Shown: positions 1 to 9,508, counted from the stretch's first letter. The stretch: DNA of 64,000 nt from Campylobacterota bacterium (GCA_015494795.1 WGAM01000134.1:3069-67068), one strand, 5' to 3'. Numbers and translations are program-made. The notes: generated by a model from the letters alone, not told the origin.

Positions 1-110
1 ATTAACATTCTCTGCTTACCAGCTAGATTTATTGTTGTAGCTAACTCTCTATCTGTTGTAGCAAATATTAAATTACTGAAAATCAATAAAAATATAACTA
101 TACTCTTCAT
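1..110 (-). CDS. 5' end of a periplasmic-sensor protein (signal peptide plus PilJ/NarX-type sensor N-terminal motif); the gene continues beyond the window edge
   Basis: Reverse complement of 1-110 reads MKSIVIFLLIFSNLIFATTDRELATTINLAGKQRML. An AGGAGA Shine-Dalgarno (rc of 119-124) lies 8 nt upstream of the ATG (rc of 108-110). INLAGKQRML resembles the motif that opens PilJ/NarX-type sensor domains of chemoreceptors and histidine kinases. It is absent from the ORF track because it is truncated. Confidence 0.4.
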   Translation of the reverse strand, partial: MKSIVIFLLIFSNLIFATTDRELATTINLAGKQRML

Positions 111-163
111 ATATAGAATCTCCTTTTTTTAATATATTATATAATATTTTTCTTTTTAAAATA

Positions 164-1996
164 TTACAAATCTCTATATATCTGCTGTCCTATCTCTCTA
201 TATCTACTATAATATCTCTCAACAAACTCTAATACCTCTTTATTTTTTGGAAGATAAACACCATCACTCTTTTTTATATATTTAGATAGATATATATTAG
301 CATCTAACTTATCTATATAGTTTTGAGCTAAATTTCTATAAGCTTCTTGATATATTTTTTTCATATCACTATATCTACTATAATCAATCTCTACTATATC
401 ACTATATTTAATAATACCTGATTTAAAAAGTATATCTAAATGTATTAACCCCTCACAGTAATATGGCAGAACCTCTCCAACCTCTCTCCACGCTATAAGT
501 CCAATAGCTCTAGTTATTAAATCATCTATAATATGCTCTATTAGCTCCTCTTTTTCACTATAGAAAAATGCCATTATCCCACCAGTAGTTGCTTTAAACT
601 CCTCTATATTTTTAAACTCTCCACTAATATTCATAATAGTCTCTGTATCTTCTCCAACCCATAAAATATGTCCAAACTCATGACCAATAGTAGATATATC
701 ATATATCTCATGCCATATATTTGGACTATTCTCTATTAGAGATTTCTGTTTTTTTACAAAATCAACTCCAAATGTCTCAACAGATAGTTGCATAATCGGT
801 TTTGCTCTCTTACTCTCTAATACAAAATCGGCATAAGCAAAAATCTTCTTTCCAAACTCCATAGATACCTGCTCATCATTTGGTACAACTTGAGCTGAAA
901 ATAGTCCATTAAACTCAGCTCCATAATATAACATCGGTTTACCTATATAGAGTTGTGTATTCTCTATCTCTGTCATATTTTTATCAACTATACTCTCTAA
1001 CTCTTCTCCTCTTAATTTAGTTGATAGACTTAGAGCAAAATCTTTGATATTATCTCTTGTTTTAGAGTTATCTTGTAGTTTTGGATTTACTACTCTTAAA
1101 TCCCACTCTAGGGCAACTGCTTTTCTAAAGTGGTCTTCATAATACTCTAATGGGTGACCTATCTGTATAGGTGTAGTTATCTTCATCCATGCTCTATCTA
1201 CATTTGCCCAATATCCAATTAACTTTTTAGGCTCTGTTACGGAGAAGGCTTTTTTAAGTGCTACTAGATACTCAATCCATGCCTCTTTTTGGTTAAAAAC
1301 CTCATCTTTCTCTAAACTTAAATTCTCAATACAATCCTCTATAACCGATACTATCTCTCCAACCTCTTTAGGAAAAGCATTAGAGTATGCTACACTCTTA
1401 TATATATCTCCATCTCTCTCCAATATAGAGTAACATCTATCTCCAATATCTCCATTAGGGTCTAAATCTAATAGGTTATTATTATAAAGCATCTCTAAAA
1501 TAGCTTTTTCATCTCTATTATATTTTTCTAATAGCTCTCTATTTACTCCATTAATAATCTTAGCAGTCCAACTAGATTGCCATCTACTAATAACCTCTCC
1601 AATATTATGAACTCCCTCTATTAATATTTGATAAAAGGGTGTTAATAGCTCCTCTATCTCTATCCATGCAATAAAATACTCATGCCTTAATAGATACATG
1701 TCTCTTACAAATTGATATGCTATCTCTCTCTTTTCTATAATCTCATCTTGATTAAATCCCTCTTTTAAAAGAACCTGCTCCAGTGCATCTTCTCGTAAAT
1801 TTACAATACGAACTAAAGATGCCATGACACTCTCATCACTATATGGTAAACCTATCTGTTTTAGAAAATCCTCTACAAGATTTTTAGCCCTACTATGTCC
1901 CCCCTCTAAAAGTTTATAATAGTCATTGAGTTCCCTCTGTCTAATCTGTAGCTCATCATATATTTTCTGCAAATCTTGCATAAATTTCTGTTGCAT
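164..1996 (-). CDS. gluzincin-type zinc metallopeptidase, family unassigned
   Basis: 610-aa ORF. HEXXH motif IGHEFGHILW (HEFGH codons at 668-682) is followed 22-23 residues later by EEFKAT, a candidate third-ligand Glu at gluzincin-like spacing. No signal peptide is evident. Confidence 0.5.
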   Translation of the reverse strand: MQQKFMQDLQKIYDELQIRQRELNDYYKLLEGGHSRAKNLVEDFLKQIGLPYSDESVMASLVRIVNLREDALEQVLLKEGFNQDEIIEKREIAYQFVRDMYLLRHEYFIAWIEIEELLTPFYQILIEGVHNIGEVISRWQSSWTAKIINGVNRELLEKYNRDEKAILEMLYNNNLLDLDPNGDIGDRCYSILERDGDIYKSVAYSNAFPKEVGEIVSVIEDCIENLSLEKDEVFNQKEAWIEYLVALKKAFSVTEPKKLIGYWANVDRAWMKITTPIQIGHPLEYYEDHFRKAVALEWDLRVVNPKLQDNSKTRDNIKDFALSLSTKLRGEELESIVDKNMTEIENTQLYIGKPMLYYGAEFNGLFSAQVVPNDEQVSMEFGKKIFAYADFVLESKRAKPIMQLSVETFGVDFVKKQKSLIENSPNIWHEIYDISTIGHEFGHILWVGEDTETIMNISGEFKNIEEFKATTGGIMAFFYSEKEELIEHIIDDLITRAIGLIAWREVGEVLPYYCEGLIHLDILFKSGIIKYSDIVEIDYSRYSDMKKIYQEAYRNLAQNYIDKLDANIYLSKYIKKSDGVYLPKNKEVLEFVERYYSRYREIGQQIYRDL

Positions 1997-2245
1997 TTTT
2001 TACCCTTATAAGTGGAATTATTCTAAATCTTATAGAATTTTTCTTTAGCTTTTGGTTACTTTTTGAGACATTATTATTTTTTTTTAGATTTTTAAACACC
2101 CAATATTAGATTGTATTTTTATAGTCAAATATAAAAAAAATATGATTTTTTTATGTTTATTAAAATTAAAAATCTTAAAAATATATTAATTTTTCGTTTT
2201 AATATAATGGCTTGAAAGCTCTATTTTATGGGATTTATTCTTAAA

Positions 2246-2400
2246 GTCAATTACCCCACCCTAAAGGGTGAGGCTTGAAGATTTCTAAGCGACTAAGTCG
2301 TTTAGCTTTAATCTGGGTGGGTGATTGACGCACCCGTATCGGTTGGCAACAACAAGATGTCGAGACTGACCGTTACTTGTTAGGAATTTTATTAGGATAT
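2246..2400 (-). ncRNA. putative TnpB omega-RNA (reRNA) scaffold overlapping the tnpB 3' end and the element right end
   Basis: A local GC-rich island in AT-rich DNA. Minus-strand hairpins are GGGUG-N7-CACCC (2319-2335), CGAC-UUA-GUCG (2290-2300) and CCUCACCC-UUUA-GGGUGGGG (2254-2273). The last has a U.G wobble that would be a C.A mismatch on the + strand. The location matches where omega-RNAs are encoded in tnpB elements. The 5' boundary is approximate. Confidence 0.4.
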
Positions 2401-3559
2401 TTGCAGCTCCATTTGTATCGGCATTTATCAAATATCCTTTCGAGGTTCTAAACAGACCTCTTTTAACTCGTTTTCCTTTATAGGTATCGTGTTTTTTAAC
2501 TTCCTCATTGTCAAGATAGGAGCATTTGGAAGTGTAGCTCTCTTCTTGTAGGTGATACTCTATACCTAACTGTTCACATTTGCTTTGTACTTTTCTTTTA
2601 AACATACCATAAGGAATATTTACAAAGTTTTGGTTGTTTTTCTTACCGATATTTATATTTCTTTTAATATCAGAGAAATCTCCAATAACGATATTACCTA
2701 TATTATGCTCTACACAATAGTCGGTTATGTATTTAACAGTTAGGTTGAAATAGTTGTTGAGCTTGTTGTACCTCTTACGGGAAAGGGTTAATATCTTTTT
2801 AGAGACTTTGATATTTTGTCTGTCGAGTATGGATTGATAATATGCTTTTTCTTTGTTGTAATGTCGGTTAATACTTTTGATATATCGTCCATCAATAATA
2901 AAAGACGACCCGTCATTAGAATCAAAGCAGGTAGCAAAATTATCTAAACCCATATCAATAGATAAGTATTTATCTTTATCCACTGATACGGGTTCAAACT
3001 CTTTTTTGTAAACAAATTCTATATCAAACTCCATTCCATTCATTACAGGTAGCATCCTAAGCTCTTGGAGTTTATCAGCTGTTATGTTTTTTGGTAATTT
3101 GAATTTGAGTTCTTTAAAAGGCGGATTATGTTTTTCTCTGAAAGCTTTTGATAAGCCTATGATTACATAACCTTTACGAATACGAGCGGAACGACCTTGA
3201 ATAGTTATATTCATAAGTTCATATTGTTTTTTATAGTTTGGCATTCTGATTTTTTCAGTGTATTTACCTCGAGATTTAAGTTTTAAAAGCCCAAAAAAAC
3301 TTTTAAAGTTTCTATCTACAATACGAAGTATTTGCTGAGAAGTATCACTAAGTAGAAGTTTGTAATTTTCATTACTTTTACATTCGTGGTAATTCTTGGC
3401 ATAAGGCAAATAGGTGTTATTGTTAAAATAATATTGTCTTACACTATAAAGACCTACATTGTAAAGTCTTGCAGAGTAGTAAGACAATAATTTAATAATT
3501 TCAAGTTTTTTAGAACTAAGTTTTAATCGGTTCTTTTGAGTTATTATCATAGTCTTCAT
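2285..3559 (-). CDS. tnpB: IS200/IS605-family accessory protein TnpB (RNA-guided RuvC-like endonuclease, IS1341-like OrfB)
   Basis: 424 aa. The RuvC triad is intact: D in YLSIDMGLDNFATC, E in HLQEESYTSKCS, D in INADTNGAANIL. A RGLF...INAD C-terminal block is present. The usual CxxC...CxxC zinc finger between E and D is absent (single Cys). Confidence 0.9.
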   Translation of the reverse strand: MKTMIITQKNRLKLSSKKLEIIKLLSYYSARLYNVGLYSVRQYYFNNNTYLPYAKNYHECKSNENYKLLLSDTSQQILRIVDRNFKSFFGLLKLKSRGKYTEKIRMPNYKKQYELMNITIQGRSARIRKGYVIIGLSKAFREKHNPPFKELKFKLPKNITADKLQELRMLPVMNGMEFDIEFVYKKEFEPVSVDKDKYLSIDMGLDNFATCFDSNDGSSFIIDGRYIKSINRHYNKEKAYYQSILDRQNIKVSKKILTLSRKRYNKLNNYFNLTVKYITDYCVEHNIGNIVIGDFSDIKRNINIGKKNNQNFVNIPYGMFKRKVQSKCEQLGIEYHLQEESYTSKCSYLDNEEVKKHDTYKGKRVKRGLFRTSKGYLINADTNGAANILIKFLTSNGQSRHLVVANRYGCVNHPPRLKLNDLVA

Positions 3560-3702
3560 ATAAGAATTATATACAAATTATGATAAAATATCAAGAGAGA
3601 ATTTTCAGCATAGCTTATTTTTCTCCTCACCGTCTTGAAAAACAATGTCTCCGAAAAAGGAAGAATTGATGAACTTTCTTAGAATTATTAAAATAGTAGT
3701 AG

Positions 3703-4302
3703 TTAAATAGATTTTTTTTGTAACATATCTATAATAGGTCTAGCTAATTTTAGAGCTTTAGAACGGTGAGAAATCTCTCTTTTTATACTACTATCAAGTT
3801 CACCTAAAGTTTGATTATAACCAATAGGGATAAATACTGGGTCATAGCCAAAACCTCCATCTCCTCTCATAGTTGTAATTACATCTCCATACATCCAACT
3901 ATGAACACTATACTCTCCATATCTACTAACTATAGCAATAGATGCTGTATAGTATGCTTTAGTTCTAGTTATATTTTTCTCTTTGAGTTTATCAACTAGC
4001 TTTAATAGATTTTCTCTATCCGTAGCATTAACTCCTGCATATCTAGCAGAGTATATATTAGGCTCTCCATTTAAAATTGGAACTGATATTCCACTATCAT
4101 CTGATACTACTAAATAATCTTCTCCTAATCTCTTATATATCTCTCTAGCTTTAATAAGTGCATTCTCTCTGAAGCTACTACCATCTTCAACTATATCTAT
4201 ATCTCCTAAAATTTCAGAAAAAGAGATAATCTCCTCACCACTAAACAGTTCATTAAACTCTTTTAATTTTCCCCTATTTTTTGTTGCTAATACTATATGC
4301 AT
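3703..4302 (-). CDS. rdgB: non-canonical purine NTP pyrophosphatase RdgB/HAM1 family
   Basis: 199 aa. N-terminal [11 protein letters not shown] and the internal GFGYDPVF motif are typical of RdgB/ITPase. Confidence 0.9.
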   Translation of the reverse strand: MHIVLATKNRGKLKEFNELFSGEEIISFSEILGDIDIVEDGSSFRENALIKAREIYKRLGEDYLVVSDDSGISVPILNGEPNIYSARYAGVNATDRENLLKLVDKLKEKNITRTKAYYTASIAIVSRYGEYSVHSWMYGDVITTMRGDGGFGYDPVFIPIGYNQTLGELDSSIKREISHRSKALKLARPIIDMLQKKSI

Positions 4303-4336
4303 ACTATATAACCTTTTTTAGAATTATATTTAAATT

Positions 4337-5479
4337 TTAATCATCGCTCTCTTTTAAATCAAAAACATCATCTTTTATCTTCTCTCTATTACTATCTTTA
4401 CTACCTTCTGACATACCTATACCTTGTAGTTTTAGTCTCATATCAGATGGATTAGTAGCATTCTCTAATACAGTCTCCTCTGTTATCCTATTTTGATAAT
4501 ATAAATCAAGTAGTGCTTGGTCAAAAGATTGAGAGCCATATATCTCTTTTCCCTCTTCAATAGTATCTAATAGCTCATAGTCTCTATTTTCAGCTATAAG
4601 TTCAGCAACTCTTGCTGTCCTTTTCATAATCTCAATAGCAGCAGCTCTTTTGCCATCGATAGTTTTAACCAATCTTTGGGATACAACACCCTCTAGTACA
4701 GAAGCTAGTGTCATTCTAATTCTATTCTGCTCTGCTTGTGGAAACATTCCAATAACCCTATTTATTGTCTCTTTAGCGTCTAGTGTATGTAGAGTTGAAA
4801 ATACTAAGTGACCTGTATTAGCAGCATGTAGTGCAATCTCTATTGTCTCTAAATCACGCATCTCACCCACTAATATAATATCAGGGTCTTCTCTAAGTGC
4901 TGCTCTTAATGCATTAGAGAATGAGTGAGAATCTTGTCCAATTCCTCTTTGAGATATAAGAGCTTCTCTATCTTCATGTACAAACTCAATAGGGTCCTCA
5001 ACAGTTATAATATGCTTTTTTTTACTTCTATTTATCCTATCTATCATTGATGCTAATGTAGTAGATTTTCCACTTCCAGTAACACCTGTAACTAGCACTA
5101 AACCTCTATGTAAATCAGCTAATTCAGATATAACGGGGGGAAGTTGTAGCTGTTCAATAGTTAATATCTTAACAGGAATAATCCTTAAAACTGCACTTAA
5201 TCCATTTAGTTGATAGAAAAAGTTTACACGAAAACGGTTATCTTTATCTAATACATAGGTGCAATCTAACTCCTTATTGGTAGTTAACTCTCTATACTGT
5301 TTATCTGTTAATATAGCCCTTGCAATCCCATCTAACTCATCATGAGAGATAACTCTATCTGCAAGTTTTAATAAATCTCCATTTACTCTTAATCTAATAA
5401 TTGAACCTGATTTTAGATGGAGGTCACTACCTCCATTATGTATTAAGTTTTTTAAATAAAACTGTAGTCTCTTCTCCAT
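4337..5479 (-). CDS. pilT: PilT/PilU-family type IV pilus retraction ATPase
   Basis: 380 aa. Contains GGSDLHL, Walker A GVTGSGKSTT, and the Asp box/Walker B LREDPDIILVGEMRD, followed by LETIEIALHAANTGHLVFSTLHT. Confidence 0.8.
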   Translation of the reverse strand: MEKRLQFYLKNLIHNGGSDLHLKSGSIIRLRVNGDLLKLADRVISHDELDGIARAILTDKQYRELTTNKELDCTYVLDKDNRFRVNFFYQLNGLSAVLRIIPVKILTIEQLQLPPVISELADLHRGLVLVTGVTGSGKSTTLASMIDRINRSKKKHIITVEDPIEFVHEDREALISQRGIGQDSHSFSNALRAALREDPDIILVGEMRDLETIEIALHAANTGHLVFSTLHTLDAKETINRVIGMFPQAEQNRIRMTLASVLEGVVSQRLVKTIDGKRAAAIEIMKRTARVAELIAENRDYELLDTIEEGKEIYGSQSFDQALLDLYYQNRITEETVLENATNPSDMRLKLQGIGMSEGSKDSNREKIKDDVFDLKESDD

Positions 5480-5532
5480 AATATACTTTCTTAATTTTTT
5501 ATTAAATTATAACAAAAGTATATTAATTAAAG

Positions 5533-6531
5533 TTATTTTAATGCTTCTAAGATACTATTAAATGACTCCTCAAATGCCTTTAATCCATCATCTAAAAGCT
5601 CTTTATATATCTCTTCCATATTAAAACCATTATCTTCAAGATTTATAAAATATCCATTAATAATACTATCTTCAATAGGTAACAGTTCTCTACTACTATT
5701 AGTTTTAAGGTATGCTCTAATTGTATTTAATGGAGCTGTATTTATTGAGTGTGGAGCAGTTAGCTCTGTTACATAATAATCTTCTAAAAGAGAATCATCT
5801 TTTATACTTGTACTAGCAAATAGAGTTCTAATATTAGGAATTGCATTTCTCTCTACCATATTATATATTTTAGCAGAGTTATATATTCCTGTCTTATGAG
5901 GAGTTATTCCACAACTCTCTAATTCACTATCTAATAGTCTATCAAAACGACTAACAAATACAGATATTACACCCTCAACCCTACAACTACCATCAGACTC
6001 ACCCTTTGCAATTCCTCTAGTCATTGCACTAAAAGATTTTCTTGCCTGTTTTGGTGAAAATACTAAAGTGGCATTTACAGATATTCCATCAGCCATAAGT
6101 TCTGACATAGCCTCATATCCTGCCTCAGTAGCTGGTATCTTAATCATAACATTAGGCTCACCAATAGCTTTAAATAACCTTTTTGCCTCTTTAATAGTCT
6201 CTTTTGAGTTATTAGATAGTGATGGGTCAACCTCAATAGATACATATCCATCTCTATTCTCATTATATAGAGGTCTAAGCATTTTAGCAGTAGTCTTAAT
6301 ATCCTCTATTGCTAAAGCCTCATACTTCTCTTTTGGACTCTTTCCCTCTAGGGATTTTAACTGCTCCTTATATGCAGGAGAATTTATAATTGCATTTGCA
6401 AAAATAGAAGGATTTGAAGTTGCTCCCGTAACTACCCCCTCATCTAAGAGTTTTTGAAACTCATTTTTAAGATAATCTCTCTCTATAAAATCCAACCACA
6501 ATGAAAAGCTTATATCTCTACCACTTATCAT
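5533..6531 (-). CDS. tal: transaldolase
   Basis: 332 aa. GATSNPSIF and the MIKIPAT (Schiff-base Lys) motifs are present. Confidence 0.9.
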   Translation of the reverse strand: MISGRDISFSLWLDFIERDYLKNEFQKLLDEGVVTGATSNPSIFANAIINSPAYKEQLKSLEGKSPKEKYEALAIEDIKTTAKMLRPLYNENRDGYVSIEVDPSLSNNSKETIKEAKRLFKAIGEPNVMIKIPATEAGYEAMSELMADGISVNATLVFSPKQARKSFSAMTRGIAKGESDGSCRVEGVISVFVSRFDRLLDSELESCGITPHKTGIYNSAKIYNMVERNAIPNIRTLFASTSIKDDSLLEDYYVTELTAPHSINTAPLNTIRAYLKTNSSRELLPIEDSIINGYFINLEDNGFNMEEIYKELLDDGLKAFEESFNSILEALK

Positions 6532-6718
6532 GACTTATTCCCTCTTTATAAAATTTTACTCTATTTAAAATCATAACATTGTTAAAGATAAAGACTACTT
6601 AACAGTTATTATTTTTACTTTTAAATATTTTAGAGCATATTTAATTATTTTTAAGTATATTATAATTTTTTTTAACATATAATAATATTTGTAATATAAA
6701 TATATTAAGGAATACAAA

Positions 6719-9508
6719 ATGAATAATTATAGATTATTATCAAAAGCTATCTTAGGTCTAATTTTTAGTTATCAAATTAGTTATAGTGATGCCATACTCT
6801 TAAATGAGTATAATGCAGTAGCACCTGACCAACAGCTTAAAAATAGTGGATATGATACATATTATGGAACAGTTAATGGTAATGGAGGTAACTGGATAGA
6901 GTTGGTTGTTGTTGAAGATTTTACCGATTTAAGAGGAGCTATAATAAATATAGAGAAGAGTAAAGGTGTTCATCAACTAACAGCTTCGTTTCCAAACTTA
7001 ACAGAGTTGGCATATCTTAGAAAAGGTACAATTATTACAATCTCAGAAGAGCCAACTAATCTATCCTACTCTCCATCTCAAGGAGATTGGACAATAAATC
7101 TAAATAAAGATGATTTAGAAAATGTTGATGGCTCTTTTGAAATATCTGATAAGACAATGGATATATCTATTAAATCTATTGATAATAGTTTTTTAATGAG
7201 AAACTCTGGAGAGATAGTTAAAGGTTTGGGAATTGATAATAGAGAGGTATTTAAACTAAAAAAAGAGCCAAATGCATCTATTAATCCAGATGACCCAGCT
7301 TATGGAGATGATGCATCTAATAAACAGATTATTAGTACATTTGGCTCACCAAATCAGTGGATAGATAGTAATAATACTACACAGACTCAAGATTTTACTA
7401 CTCTAAGAGATTTAAATAGTAGCAGTAATCAGATAGTGCTTTTAAATGAGTATGATGCAGTAGGTAAAAATAAAAAATTAAAAAATGATGGAAATGATAC
7501 ATATTTTGGTAAGATTAAAGGAAATGGTAAATCATGGGTAGAGTTTGTTATCTTAAAAGATAAAACTGATTTACGAAAAGCTATAGTTAAAATAGTTAGA
7601 AATAGTGGTAAAAAAATCTTTAGAGCAGAGCTTCCTAATATAGAAGTCTTATCTAATCTTAGAAGTGGAACAATTTTAACAATATCAAATAAGGTAGCTA
7701 CCAATTTAAGTTATGACCCATTTAATAACTGTAATCTTGATTGGAATATAAATATCAATATTAATGATTTAAATATCTTAGAGGGAAAATTTAAAACAAA
7801 TCATAAAGATATGATTATATCTATGGTAAGTGGTAAAGGTGATGTTACAATCTTGCCTGATAGTGGAGAGGGTATCACTGGAGCATCTGTTGATAAGAGA
7901 GAGGTATATAAACTAAAAAAAGAGCCATCACTCTCTATAACTCCTACAGATAGTAGCTATGGAGATGATAATAATGGTCAAGCAGTAAGCACTTTTGGTT
8001 CTCCTAACCAATGGAGAGATAGCAGTGGCTCACTTATAACTCAAGATTTTACAAATTTAAGATTAATTGCAATGAAAGAGAACTTTAGACGACAAAAGAC
8101 ATCACTCTTATTAAATGAGTATAATGCAGTAGCTCCAGATAAATATCTAAAATATAGTGGAAGTGACGACCATTATGGATATGTTCAAGGAAATGGTGGC
8201 TCTTGGTTAGAGATGGTAGTAACTAGAGATTATCTAAATCTACAAAATGCCACTATTCGAGTTAATGAGAACTGTACTCAAACATTCTCTGCAAAACTAC
8301 CTGCACTACTCTCTTTAGCCTATCTTAGAAAAGGGACTGTTATTACAATATCTAATGAGCCAACAGAGATGAACTACTCTCCATTTGCACCAAATAGTCC
8401 TGATTGGAAACTAAATATAAATGTAAATGACCTAACTGACCAGAATGGAACTTTTAATCTAAATGATAATAAGATAGATATATCTATTGTAAAAGATAAT
8501 AGAACAGTTCTTGCAAATAGTGGTGAAGGTATATGGGGAAGTGTTGTTGATAATCAAGAGGTATATAAGCTAAAAACTGAACCAAATTATACCATTTCAC
8601 CTTTTAATAGTGGATATGGTGATGATGGAAATAACACTGTAATAAGCACTTTTAACTCTCCAAATAGATGGATAGATAACGGTAATCAGGTTACACAACA
8701 GTTTACTCTTAGAGATAATAAAGATTTAGTTGAAATCGGAGGTATAGTAATCTCTAATATATCTGGCTTAGAAGAGTTAAGAGATGGAGAGTCACTAGAG
8801 TATGTAGCACCAAATAATAGTTTGTGGATAACAGATGATGACTCTCACCATGTTTATGAGATAGACTATACAACTCATGCAATTAAATCTGTTATATCTG
8901 ATGAAGATTTAGGTAATTTTGCTCCTGAGATTGGTGTATGTGGATATGAGTACCATAAGGGGGCTTGTGATATTGAATCAGTTGCTTATGATGATAATAA
9001 TGATACTCTATATATCTTTACTGGAAAATCACCCGGAACTCCTGCTATATTTAAATTAACAAGAGCAGATGTAAATAGCTCATTTACTCTTAGTGACTAT
9101 AGAGCATTAGGTACTATTGAGTATCCTGCTACAACTTTTATTGGTAGTGATTTTATTGTAGCATCAAATAAGAGTCTATACAGATATAATTTTGATACTA
9201 ATACCACAGGAAATGCACTCTATACAACACCAAAAGGTAAAATTGTAGGATTAGCTTATGATGATAATAGTGGAATTTTATGGGTAACTACATCTAATTT
9301 TGAGATTTTAAAAGTTAATTGGCAGACAAAAGAGACTTTAGCTACCTATAAATCAAGAGATAATGGAGTTTATGACCCAAGAGGTATTGAGATTGTAGAT
9401 AATAAAATTCATATATTAGAGGGGGTTAATGCTTCTGGTGGAGATGTAACAGCACCGATTGGTCACCCTCTTAAAAATGCAATCCATATATATCAAATGG
9501 CTCAATAG
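6719..9508 (+). CDS. large secreted protein: signal peptide, three lamin-tail-domain-like repeats, and a C-terminal propeller-like domain
   Basis: 929 aa with an N-terminal hydrophobic signal-like segment. Three repeats of about 205-225 aa each start LLNEY(N/D)AV...GNG(G/K)SW(I/V/L)E and end STF(G/N)SPN(Q/R)W. The last 260 aa or so carry recurring YDDN..(T/I)L(Y/W) and YDPRGIEIV strands. Confidence 0.6.
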   Translation: MNNYRLLSKAILGLIFSYQISYSDAILLNEYNAVAPDQQLKNSGYDTYYGTVNGNGGNWIELVVVEDFTDLRGAIINIEKSKGVHQLTASFPNLTELAYLRKGTIITISEEPTNLSYSPSQGDWTINLNKDDLENVDGSFEISDKTMDISIKSIDNSFLMRNSGEIVKGLGIDNREVFKLKKEPNASINPDDPAYGDDASNKQIISTFGSPNQWIDSNNTTQTQDFTTLRDLNSSSNQIVLLNEYDAVGKNKKLKNDGNDTYFGKIKGNGKSWVEFVILKDKTDLRKAIVKIVRNSGKKIFRAELPNIEVLSNLRSGTILTISNKVATNLSYDPFNNCNLDWNINININDLNILEGKFKTNHKDMIISMVSGKGDVTILPDSGEGITGASVDKREVYKLKKEPSLSITPTDSSYGDDNNGQAVSTFGSPNQWRDSSGSLITQDFTNLRLIAMKENFRRQKTSLLLNEYNAVAPDKYLKYSGSDDHYGYVQGNGGSWLEMVVTRDYLNLQNATIRVNENCTQTFSAKLPALLSLAYLRKGTVITISNEPTEMNYSPFAPNSPDWKLNINVNDLTDQNGTFNLNDNKIDISIVKDNRTVLANSGEGIWGSVVDNQEVYKLKTEPNYTISPFNSGYGDDGNNTVISTFNSPNRWIDNGNQVTQQFTLRDNKDLVEIGGIVISNISGLEELRDGESLEYVAPNNSLWITDDDSHHVYEIDYTTHAIKSVISDEDLGNFAPEIGVCGYEYHKGACDIESVAYDDNNDTLYIFTGKSPGTPAIFKLTRADVNSSFTLSDYRALGTIEYPATTFIGSDFIVASNKSLYRYNFDTNTTGNALYTTPKGKIVGLAYDDNSGILWVTTSNFEILKVNWQTKETLATYKSRDNGVYDPRGIEIVDNKIHILEGVNASGGDVTAPIGHPLKNAIHIYQMAQ
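6794..8718 (+). repeat. three tandem intragenic repeats (6794-7432, 7433-8101, 8102-8718)
   Basis: The repeats are visible at DNA level (for example ttaaatgagtataatgcagtagc at both 6809 and 8111) and at protein level. They have diverged and are not identical. Confidence 0.85.

Larger units (their letters stand above)
2246..3650 (-). mobile_element. solo tnpB insertion element (IS200/IS605 family, no tnpA); right end about 2246, left end not definable
   Basis: tnpB sits between rdgB and a peptidase gene with only 143 nt and 288 nt of noncoding flank, too little room for a transposase. The right-end hairpin plus 8-nt tail (2246-2273) recurs at 38397-38424. A 7-mer GGTGAGG (2267-2273) is inverted as CCTCACC at 3625-3631, which could be a degenerate left-end signal or chance. 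Confidence 0.55.

Noticed and set aside
164-1996. Assignment of the HEXXH protein to the DPP III (M49) family, because of the EEFKA motif resembling EECRAE.
   Set aside because: In M49 the second motif lies about 50 residues after a HEXXGH hexapeptide. Here the motif is a pentapeptide and the spacing is 22 residues. Only a generic gluzincin call is justified.
3560-3702. A tnpA (Y1 HUH or serine recombinase) gene, or a clear left-end hairpin, upstream of tnpB.
   Set aside because: Only 143 nt of AT-rich noncoding DNA lie before rdgB. There is no ORF and no convincing stem-loop. The CCTCACC 7-mer match to the right-end stem could be chance.
6068-6457. An antisense ORF (129 aa) inside tal. Similar shadow ORFs occur at 3811-3999, 7429-7704, 12059-12310, 25970-26191, 26330-26545, 30994-31185, 39442-39645, 41970-42215, 42642-42863, 43901-44122, 45540-45722, 48428-48610, 51766-51963, 55140-55424, 55508-55714, 56324-56639, 57639-57995, 58030-58239 and 59735-59989.
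   Set aside because: All lie wholly inside well-supported genes on the opposite strand or in another frame. They have low-complexity translations and no ribosome-binding sites, and are typical of shadow ORFs.
6794-8718. The tandem DNA repeats as a CRISPR array, satellite or mobile repeat.
   Set aside because: The units are about 620-670 nt, diverged, in frame and coding for protein domains. No short direct-repeat/spacer periodicity exists here or anywhere else in the window.
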